From IMG/VR virus record IMGVR_UViG_3300045988_084715: a stretch of 17,875 bases of DNA. The stretch is one strand, 5' to 3'. How positions within the stretch are numbered: the first letter of the stretch is position 1; each line of letters starts with the position of its first letter. The notes under the pieces were generated by a model. It saw only the letters and a list, made by a program, of their open reading frames with translations, had not been told where the DNA came from and ran no database searches. This DNA comes from a virus. The translations under genes and the position numbers were made by a program. Shown here in pieces: positions 5,015 to 12,344 of this stretch.

Positions 5015-5311
5015 ATGGCAAACCCAGACGATAACGGCGAGGAACTCACGACACCGCCGCCGACCGAAGAGGAACAGCAGACCCAAACCGTGGATGACGA
5101 AGTCAACCCGAAGGAACCGGAACCGGAACCGGAACCGGAACCCAAGCAGGACCCGGACGTTTCCGCGCGACTTGACGCACTCGAAAAGGAATTGGCCGCA
5201 TTGAAGGCCATGCTGGACACGCTCGGCTACAACGAACCCGCCCCGTCCGACAACGACAATGACGGCGACAACGACGGTGACGGCGAGTCCATCGAAGATC
5301 TGTTCGACTAA
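5015..5311 (+). CDS. Scaffolding protein (98 aa, acidic, coiled-coil core), phi29 gp7-like by position
   Basis: Strong SD. Lies immediately upstream of the major capsid gene. Very acidic, with an (EP)n tract and a DNDGD tail flanking the helical segment ARLDALEKELAALKAML. As I remember it, phi29 gp7 has the same length. Confidence 0.7.
   Translation: MANPDDNGEELTTPPPTEEEQQTQTVDDEVNPKEPEPEPEPEPKQDPDVSARLDALEKELAALKAMLDTLGYNEPAPSDNDNDGDNDGDGESIEDLFD
5114..5143 (+). repeat. Hexanucleotide microsatellite (GAACCG)x4 plus one imperfect unit, encoding EPEPEPEPEP
   Basis: Direct reading of 5114-5137 shows four perfect GAACCG units, followed by GAACCC. Confidence 0.9.
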
Positions 5312-5325
5312 AGAAAGGAATAACA

Positions 5326-7044
5326 ATGTCCAATATTCGACCATTGGCTGGCAAGGGTGACGTCGAGATTTTCAACGCCGTCCGCAACGCAACCAGCCCG
5401 CAGTTCCAGACCCGCATCCCCGCCGCAACGCAGGGCAATATCCGCAACGCGGTGGACACCATGCGCAATTTCCCCTACTTGCGGGACGAGTTCACCGGCG
5501 TGCTGATCCAGCGGCTGATCGGCCTTTACGTCCAGCATGCGGATTGGGATGACCCGCTCAAGCTGATCGGCTCTCCGCGCACACTCAAGCGGTACGGATC
5601 CACCTACGAACAGGCTGCCGTGGGCTTGGTCAAGGCCCGCACCCGCAATTTCAACAAGGAATACCTTGGAGATGACGTGTATGGCCGGTACTCGCTGCCG
5701 ACCGCAAGCGTGTTCCACCCCTTGACTTTCGATCATTACTATCCCGTCACCATCCCGGAGGACGCGCTGCTGACGGCGTTTGACGGCGAAAGCGGCATGT
5801 CGGATTACATCGCGGAAATCATGAACGCGCCCATCCTTTCGGATAGAAACGACATGTACTTGATGAAGACGCAGACGTTTGCCGAGTACGCGCGCAAGGG
5901 CGGTTTCTACCGCGTACACACCCCCGACGTCGGCAAGGCCGACTCGACCGAAGCGGACGCAAAGGGTTTGCTGCGCCTTATCCAGCAGATGGCGAACGAA
6001 CTCAAGGCGTCGCCAATGTCCGCCATGCCGCGATACAACGCCATGTCTTGGGTGACGCCGTGGCGCGATTCGGAAGCCATTCTTTTCGCCACCCCGCAGG
6101 TCATCGCCGCGCTCAATGTCGAAGCATTGGCCGCCGCCTTCAATATCGACAGGGCGAACGTGCCGTATCGCATCATTCCGATTCCGGAGGATATGTTCGG
6201 AATCGGCGGCAACGGCGGGAAGGTCCAAGCCGTCCTCACCACGGAGGACTTCTTCTTCTGCTGGGATGAAATGCTGGAAACCACCAACTCCCCCGTGAAT
6301 CCGATTGACGGCACACGTAACATCTTCTACAAGCATCGCGGCTCCATCACCCCCAATCCGTTCGCCAACGCCATCCTGTTCTGGACGGGCGAAGGATCCA
6401 ACGAGTCCGTGACCCTGCCGGACACGCTCACCACCTCCACGCCAAAGTTCGAATTGCGCGTGCAGAAGTACGGCCAGAACACGATCACCCCCGAAAACGT
6501 GTCGCGCGGTGACTTGGTTCAGGTGGTCTCCACCATTTCCAGCGGCAACAGGGAAACGGCGACATTCCAGCCGACCGGCATCAAATACGCCGTCGAGGGC
6601 GCCACCTCCCAGTTCACAAGCATCGACAATGACGGCATCCTGCGGTGCGGCCTTGACGAAACCGCAGAAACGCTCAAGGTCACCGCCCAAGCCACCTACA
6701 TCGACCCGGCCACTCCTGAAATCGACCAGACGGTTTCCGCCGCACTGTCCGTGCCCGTGGTCGGCACTTGGCTTGGCGGATGGAAGGCCGGATCCATCGA
6801 GTCCATTGAGATCCAAGGCGAAAAAACCGTCAAAGTCAAGGGGAATGTCGCACTGAAGGCCATTGCAACCAAGACGGACGGCAACACGACCGACGTGACC
6901 GACCTCGCCATGTGGTCGGTTGACGCCAACGCGACCGTCGCCCCCAACGGCATGCTGACCGGAACCGGTACAGGCACCGCCAAAGTCACCGCGAAATTCG
7001 CGGGGGAAACCGGACTGGCACAGGTCACCGTCACCGCCCAGTGA
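5326..7044 (+). CDS. Major capsid protein (phi29 gp8-like) with C-terminal bacterial Ig-like (Big_2-type) domains, 572 aa
   Basis: The N-terminal IFNAVRNATSPQFQTRIPAAT resembles the remembered gp8 segment [21 protein letters not shown]. The C-terminal SIEIQGEKTVKVKGNVALKAIATKTDGNTTDVTDLAMWSV...AKVTAKFAGETGLAQVTVTA is a typical Big_2 pattern, preceded by a second Ig-like segment. Position follows the scaffold gene. Confidence 0.9.
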   Translation: MSNIRPLAGKGDVEIFNAVRNATSPQFQTRIPAATQGNIRNAVDTMRNFPYLRDEFTGVLIQRLIGLYVQHADWDDPLKLIGSPRTLKRYGSTYEQAAVGLVKARTRNFNKEYLGDDVYGRYSLPTASVFHPLTFDHYYPVTIPEDALLTAFDGESGMSDYIAEIMNAPILSDRNDMYLMKTQTFAEYARKGGFYRVHTPDVGKADSTEADAKGLLRLIQQMANELKASPMSAMPRYNAMSWVTPWRDSEAILFATPQVIAALNVEALAAAFNIDRANVPYRIIPIPEDMFGIGGNGGKVQAVLTTEDFFFCWDEMLETTNSPVNPIDGTRNIFYKHRGSITPNPFANAILFWTGEGSNESVTLPDTLTTSTPKFELRVQKYGQNTITPENVSRGDLVQVVSTISSGNRETATFQPTGIKYAVEGATSQFTSIDNDGILRCGLDETAETLKVTAQATYIDPATPEIDQTVSAALSVPVVGTWLGGWKAGSIESIEIQGEKTVKVKGNVALKAIATKTDGNTTDVTDLAMWSVDANATVAPNGMLTGTGTGTAKVTAKFAGETGLAQVTVTAQ

Positions 7045-7061
7045 CGGCGTTTGACCGGTAA

Positions 7062-7101
7062 AATAGGTGTGGATAGACTTTTTATCCACACCTATTGTTT
7101 T
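7062..7101 (+). terminator. Strong intrinsic terminator/attenuator after the capsid gene
   Basis: Perfect 14-bp stem: AATAGGTGTGGATA (7062-7075) and TATCCACACCTATT (7083-7096), with loop GACTTTT, followed by GTTTT. Confidence 0.8.
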
Positions 7102-7113
7102 AGGAGGACTTTT

Positions 7114-9342
7114 ATGAGCGCGAACGATCTGTCCATCAATTTTTCATACGCCAAATGGACACCAAACACGCGGTTCAAACTGTGCAACGTGTCGTGGGAC
7201 ATGGGATACCGCGACATCGTCAAATGGGATCGAAAAACCCAGAAAGAGTATTTCGACCGGTTGGACGGCATCGAATTCTCGAACTGCACGATGGCGAAAT
7301 ACGGCCTTCCGGTACGACTGCCGGTGCCATTCGCCCAAGCCAGCCAATACAATTACCTGATCGCGACGAACGACTACGACTTCGACACCCCCCGTAGTTG
7401 GTATTACTTTGTCCAGACGTGCGACTATATCAACGCGAACACTACACAGCTCAATATCCAATTGGACGTTTGGCAGAGTTTCCAGCATGACATCCAGCTC
7501 GGCAACGCCTACGTCGAGCGCGGACATGTCGGCATTGCCAACGAAAACGCTTGGAAAGACTATGGCCGAACCTATCTCGACCTGCCGGAAGGGTTGGATA
7601 CAGGCAAGGCGATGGTGGTCACAGGCCAGCAATACAAAAGCCTGATCGGTGAGACCAACGGTTATACGACCTTTGGAGTGCTTGTGGTATCCACCACCAA
7701 ACTGGACGCCGATCCCGGCACCGCAAGCGCGCCGAAAACCACGTGCGCGGACGGCAGCGCTTTCGAAAACCATACAAACGGCACCGCCCTATACTATTTC
7801 TCGGACGCCTTGGACTTCCGTTCCGTCATGATCGCGGGCGCGGACTACCCTTGGGTGACGCAAGGCATTTGCGGCATCTACGCCATCCCCCAGCTTCCAG
7901 AAGCACTGTTGAAAAACCAGAAGGAACCCGGCGTCTTCTTCAACACAATGATCGACTGGCGCGGCGAATGCTACCGGTTGGAGATCCGTCACAATGACGC
8001 CAAAAGCCGCTACACCGACATCATCCACATCAAGGACTTCCGTGAGAATTTCAAACTCCCGGAACGATACAAGTATCTGAAAAAATTCCGCACCGCACCA
8101 TACGCGGTACTCGAATGCTCGTGTCTTAACGGCACGGTCATCACCTATAACCCCGAACAGATTCCAAGCGCCGACCTGACTATCCGCGAGGCGTGGGACT
8201 ACGCGCCCCCTTCGCCACGGCTCAATTTTTATCCGCGCGGCTATAATGCGGGGGACGTCAGCGAACAGTCGCCATTGCCGGATAATTCTGGTCTGCCGAT
8301 TGATTCGGGTGAAATGCTCAACGCAAGTTTCGGCATCACGAATTTCCCCACCTTCATGACCGTCAACAACGGCTCGGCCCTGTCGTTGGCGAACAGCGCG
8401 TACACGCGCCAATACGCACAGCAAAGCGCCGATTGGTCGTACCGGAAAACGCAGATGGGCATCAACAACGCTTATGCGCAGGCGCAACTTGGCACACAAT
8501 ACGCAAGCGCACAAAATCGGCTCGGCACGTCCAACCGTAATGCGATGAACGCGATCAGCAACCAGAGCGCGCAAATGGGTACAGATCTGACGCTGAAAAA
8601 CCTTGGGTTCAACAACCGGATGGCGCAGATCAACACCATCGGATCGGGTGTGGCCAACGCGGTGGGTTCCGCCGTCACAGGCAACATAGGGGGTGTGGCC
8701 GGTGCCATCGCGGGAACCGCGATCGGCGCATGGACAAACCAGATGGCCTACGACAACAACGTGTCAAGCGCGAACCAACAATTGGCGAACACGCAAACCA
8801 CCAACAACGCATCAACTTCACAGGCCAATGCCTATTCGCTTGCGCAAACGAACCTCGGCAATCAACAGACCATGCAGTTCGCGGACATGAACCGGCAGCT
8901 CGCCCAAGCCACCGCGCAAGGTGATTACGAGAACACCATCGCGAGCATCAATGCACAGGTGCAGCAGACCCAAACAGTACCCCCTACCACGTCGGGGGCG
9001 CTTGGCGGAGACGCCTTCAACCTTGCGAACGGATTGATCGGTGTCATGGTGCGTTTCCGGCAGATACCACCGGCCGCCATGCGAGCCATTGGCGAGGTGT
9101 GGTTGCGGTATGGATACTATGTGCAAAGGTTCATGAAACTGCCGGAAAATCTCATGGCAATGAGCAATTTCACCTATTGGAAATTGCATGAATTGTATGT
9201 GCGCTCAAGTACCTGCCCGGAGGAATACCGGCTTACGGTCAAAGGCATTTTCGAGTCCGGTGTGACGGTATGGACCGACCCTGATAAAATCGGCGTCACC
9301 GACTATGCGGACAACGTGCCACTATCGGGGATCGCATACTGA
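7114..9342 (+). CDS. Tail knob / distal tail tube protein (phi29 gp9-like), 742 aa
   Basis: ATG 7114 lies 7 nt after AGGAGG (7102-7107). The track start at 7051 was rejected because it would span the terminator hairpin. By-eye colinearity with remembered gp9: YNYLIATNDY...WYYFVQ...DVWQSF...YVERGHV vs YIMFQNADYGNKWFYAFV...DVLQTW...IVREHV. Confidence 0.85.
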   Translation: MSANDLSINFSYAKWTPNTRFKLCNVSWDMGYRDIVKWDRKTQKEYFDRLDGIEFSNCTMAKYGLPVRLPVPFAQASQYNYLIATNDYDFDTPRSWYYFVQTCDYINANTTQLNIQLDVWQSFQHDIQLGNAYVERGHVGIANENAWKDYGRTYLDLPEGLDTGKAMVVTGQQYKSLIGETNGYTTFGVLVVSTTKLDADPGTASAPKTTCADGSAFENHTNGTALYYFSDALDFRSVMIAGADYPWVTQGICGIYAIPQLPEALLKNQKEPGVFFNTMIDWRGECYRLEIRHNDAKSRYTDIIHIKDFRENFKLPERYKYLKKFRTAPYAVLECSCLNGTVITYNPEQIPSADLTIREAWDYAPPSPRLNFYPRGYNAGDVSEQSPLPDNSGLPIDSGEMLNASFGITNFPTFMTVNNGSALSLANSAYTRQYAQQSADWSYRKTQMGINNAYAQAQLGTQYASAQNRLGTSNRNAMNAISNQSAQMGTDLTLKNLGFNNRMAQINTIGSGVANAVGSAVTGNIGGVAGAIAGTAIGAWTNQMAYDNNVSSANQQLANTQTTNNASTSQANAYSLAQTNLGNQQTMQFADMNRQLAQATAQGDYENTIASINAQVQQTQTVPPTTSGALGGDAFNLANGLIGVMVRFRQIPPAAMRAIGEVWLRYGYYVQRFMKLPENLMAMSNFTYWKLHELYVRSSTCPEEYRLTVKGIFESGVTVWTDPDKIGVTDYADNVPLSGIAY

Positions 9343-9349
9343 CATATAT

Positions 9350-9389
9350 AATGGAGGGAGTCGAGAAAACTCTCTCCATTATTTATATT
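9350..9389 (+). terminator. Intrinsic terminator after the tail knob gene
   Basis: 11-bp stem: AATGGAGGGAG (9350-9360) and CTCTCTCCATT (9370-9380), with one G-U pair. Loop TCGAGAAAA, followed by ATTTATATT. Confidence 0.7.
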
Positions 9390-9401
9390 AAGGACGTGAC
9401 T

Positions 9402-10346
9402 ATGGGCAAGCGCAACAACGCGCGCAAGGCGGCACACTGGGACAACCAGAGTGTACTCGGATCCATGTGGAGCAATTTGAATCTGCCGGAAATGCGGCAA
9501 AGCCTGAGAATCAACCAGTACATGAAGCTGATTGAAATGCTGGCCGTATCCCGATTCAAATGGATAAACCTCCCACCATATATTGACGAACGATATTTAG
9601 AACTGACCCTGTTCGAGAACGGCTTGGCCCTCTTCTTCCCTGACAAGCGCGAAGGGGTACACCGTTTTATGGTCACGTCGGGCAATATCGGCGGAGTCAA
9701 CAATTACAATAATCCGACGTCATTCCAGCCCGTCGCCACGAACTACTCACATCCGCAGATCGGTTCGAAGGAATGCGTTCCGATCTGGGACAACCAGTTG
9801 CGTTGCACCATGATCGACGTCATGTGGAATTACGCGACGCGACTGGCTATCGCAGACCGGGCATTGGACGTCAACCTCGACAACATTTCGGTGCCGTTGA
9901 TTATCGCCACGTCGGAAACCAACAAACTCACCGCCCAAAACCTCATGAAAGCGAGGGAGGACGGCGATCCGTACGTGTACGCCTATGACTCGGCGGATAT
10001 TACCGGCATGTTCCAGACATTCCCAAATATGACGCCGTTTCTTGCGGATAAAATCATCACCACCAAAACGCAGATCTGGAATGAATTAGTCAATTATCTT
10101 GGTATTGACAACAGCACGACGGAAAAGAAGGAACGACTGCTCGAATCTGAAGTGACGGCGGGTAATTCGCGTACGAACGTGTTCCGCCTGAGCTATCTGA
10201 AAGCACGTCAACAGGCATGCGATACGATCAACCGGTTGTGGCCGCAAATGGCCGATTCCGGGAAACCCATCGGCGTCGAATGGAACGACATCACTTCGGG
10301 CGGACTCTTGGACGTTGATGGAAACAAAGAGGAGGAAGAACAATGA
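9402..10346 (+). CDS. Head-tail connector / portal (upper collar, phi29 gp10-like), 314 aa
   Basis: ATG 9402 lies 7 nt after AAGGA. The ATG at 9351 is rejected because it lies inside the terminator stem. [23 protein letters not shown] matches gp10 [49 protein letters not shown] matches [26 protein letters not shown]. Confidence 0.93.
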   Translation: [314 protein letters not shown]

Positions 10347-11155
10347 CGCAGGACTTGAGCATGTACGCCGTCAAAGACAGTATGGCGGATTACACGCTGA
10401 CGCTCGGCAATCTCATTGATCGCGGTTTCGATACGGACGAAAAACTGCACTTGAGCGCCCAATATTATCCGATTTTCGATGAAAACTACAGGCCAAAACT
10501 CAACGAGAAAATCGTCGCGCACTACGCACTACGTGAAATCGGCAGCGAAACACCGCAGATGTTCGTATTTTACTTGGGGCGTACCATGCGTGAGCAGATG
10601 GACTATTTCAACCAACTGTACTTGAGTGCGCAACGTAAGTTCGATCCGTTCGTCACGTCCGACATCCGGCAGGAAATGGACTCGACCAGCACGAACGAGT
10701 CCAGCGGGAAATCGAACGGTACGCAGTCGAACGAGTCCACGGCGAACAGTACATCCGACACCAAGGCGGACAATTCCAGCATGACGTTCAATTCGGAGTT
10801 CCCGCAGACCCGCATCGATGACTTCCGAAAGTATGCGACAACCGCTTCGCAAACCGATTCGACCGGCAACACGCATACCGCCACCCAACAGGACAGTACG
10901 GCCACCGCGTCCAGCACGAGCAACACGGATTACGCGCATTCATCTGATAAAGGCAACAGCACGTCGCATACGTTCGGCACCAGCGGTTCGCAGTCCCAAC
11001 TGTTGCAGGACTGGCGCCAGACCATGCTCAACATCGACATGATGGTGATCGACTCGCTCGAAACACTGTTTCTCGGCATGTGGGGCAGCGGTGACAATAT
11101 GACCAACGTGCCTCAGCTTTACAGCACGAGTCTTGCCTACAATCTCGGCCATTAG
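10343..11155 (+). CDS. Lower collar protein (phi29 gp11-like), 270 aa
   Basis: ATGA start/stop overlap with the connector gene, with SD GAGGAGG upstream. Position matches phi29 gene 11. The N-terminal YPIFDENYRPKLNEKIVAHYALREIGSETPQMF pattern is one I associate with picovirus lower collar proteins. The middle third is S/T/N-rich and low in complexity. Confidence 0.65.
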   Translation: MTQDLSMYAVKDSMADYTLTLGNLIDRGFDTDEKLHLSAQYYPIFDENYRPKLNEKIVAHYALREIGSETPQMFVFYLGRTMREQMDYFNQLYLSAQRKFDPFVTSDIRQEMDSTSTNESSGKSNGTQSNESTANSTSDTKADNSSMTFNSEFPQTRIDDFRKYATTASQTDSTGNTHTATQQDSTATASSTSNTDYAHSSDKGNSTSHTFGTSGSQSQLLQDWRQTMLNIDMMVIDSLETLFLGMWGSGDNMTNVPQLYSTSLAYNLGH

Positions 11156-11187
11156 AGTATACTTGATACAGACAGTTAGGAGGATTG

Positions 11188-11787
11188 ATGGACGGAATGA
11201 ACCTAAGCGCCGCGCCATTGGATATTGATCCGCGCCAACGCTATTTCACCACGGTTCAGCCTTTCAGCTACCGCGACACGTTGACCGTGCTCGGTTACGT
11301 GCAGGAGGTGGCCGAACATGTGGACGAATTGCGCGAACAACTCGACAATCTCGCAAAAGACGAAAACGCCGACATCGAAGCCATCAAACAGATGGTGGCC
11401 GGTTTCAACGAGCAGTTCGAACGCATCAACAAGACGCTGGATGACCTGGAGAAGCAGGTCGGCCAGTACGAGGACTCAAGCCTGACGTACAATCCGACGC
11501 GCGGGGAGTACGAGGACTCCAAAAACACGAATCGAGACATGTTCCGTGAGCTTGCCGTGTTCGGCGCGCGCGTCAACCAGATGGCCCAACTCTCCGTGCC
11601 AATGGCGGCCGCACACACATGTCTTGAGTTCGCTGTCCTCGGCAACAAAACCATTTTCCACAACGAGGAACCGCGCATCACACCACGCGACGTACACGTG
11701 GATGACGGCACCCCCATAACCCCGTTGACGGTGGAACTCCTCGCCAACGGCGTCGTGGAAAACAATTTCATGAAAACAGCACAGTAA
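11188..11787 (+). CDS. Hypothetical tail/appendage-associated structural protein with a coiled coil (199 aa)
   Basis: AGGAGG at 11178-11183. The ATG at 11188 is taken as the start; TTG 11185 and ATG 11197 are alternatives. Helical heptad-like segment VAEHVDELREQLDNLAKDENADIEAIKQMVAGFNEQFERINKTLDDLEKQV. It sits between the collar and fibre genes. Confidence 0.5.
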   Translation: MDGMNLSAAPLDIDPRQRYFTTVQPFSYRDTLTVLGYVQEVAEHVDELREQLDNLAKDENADIEAIKQMVAGFNEQFERINKTLDDLEKQVGQYEDSSLTYNPTRGEYEDSKNTNRDMFRELAVFGARVNQMAQLSVPMAAAHTCLEFAVLGNKTIFHNEEPRITPRDVHVDDGTPITPLTVELLANGVVENNFMKTAQ

Positions 11788-11796
11788 GGAATAGCA

Positions 11797-12150
11797 ATGA
11801 CACAGAAAACTCCAAACTACAATCTCGAAAAGTACGACGCCACGGACGCGCCGAACCTGCAAGGCGAATACAACCGCAGCATGGACATTCTCGACACGAC
11901 GTTGAAAACGCAGTCGGACAGGATTGACGCCATCCCGACGCCGGAAACCCTACCGGACGGCCTGAAAGCGTTCTGTGCGGCATTGAGTTTGACCAAGTCC
12001 AACGCGGAAGCACTCGGAACCGCGCTCAATCACTTCCTCAACCGTACGCCCGCTTCGGGTGGTGGACAGTACACCGTCAAAAACCTCAATGATACCAAGG
12101 TCACCGCAGAAGGTCTGCCGTTCGTGTCCACCACGGCTTCGGGGAAGTGA
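11797..12150 (+). CDS. Short fibre-like protein carrying the shared N-terminal fibre motif (117 aa)
   Basis: SD AAGGA upstream. The N-terminus PNYNLEKYDATDAPNLQGEYNRSMDILDTTL shares a motif with the next two ORFs. Confidence 0.6.
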   Translation: MTQKTPNYNLEKYDATDAPNLQGEYNRSMDILDTTLKTQSDRIDAIPTPETLPDGLKAFCAALSLTKSNAEALGTALNHFLNRTPASGGGQYTVKNLNDTKVTAEGLPFVSTTASGK

Positions 12151-12338
12151 TGGCCGTGGCAGACAACCAGCAAACCACACCCGTAGACTCCGCCGCATAC
12201 GATGTGACACGACATTGGGGGTTGCCCCTCTACAATGACGCGACGCCTATGGACATGCGTGATGGATACAACCGCGCCATGCGCATGATCGACCAGATCC
12301 TCACCCAACTGCAAACTCAGATCCGAGAAAAGGACTAA
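12150..12338 (+). CDS. Very short fibre-motif protein (62 aa)
   Basis: ATG 12150 overlaps the upstream TGA (TGATG), with GGGGAAG upstream. It contains HWGLPLYNDATPMDMRDGYNRAMRMIDQIL and then a short helical tail only. Confidence 0.5.
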   Translation: MAVADNQQTTPVDSAAYDVTRHWGLPLYNDATPMDMRDGYNRAMRMIDQILTQLQTQIREKD

Positions 12339-12344
12339 CATAAC

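Noticed and set aside
5308-7089. 593-aa minus-strand ORF antisense to the capsid gene. Similar antisense ORFs lie at 4763..5344, 7144..7773, 7789..8574, 12030..12980 and 2213..2734.
   Set aside because: These are shadow ORFs opposite strongly supported + strand genes in GC-rich sequence. Their products are R/G/V/H-rich without motifs, and they lack start contexts.
7051-7113. Upstream TTG start for the tail knob ORF (track start 7051)
   Set aside because: The extension would be translated through the 14-bp terminator hairpin. AGGAGG followed by ATG 7114 is a far better start.
8240-8251. GGCTATAATGCGG inside the tail knob gene as an internal promoter
   Set aside because: It lies in frame within coding sequence (G-Y-N-A), has no TG extension and no downstream start to serve. 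It is mentioned only as a possible fourth member of the motif family.
9351-9401. Upstream ATG 9351 for the connector ORF
   Set aside because: The ATG lies inside the left arm of the terminator stem (9350-9380). The homology to phi29 gp10 begins after M18, and ATG 9402 has an AAGGA SD.
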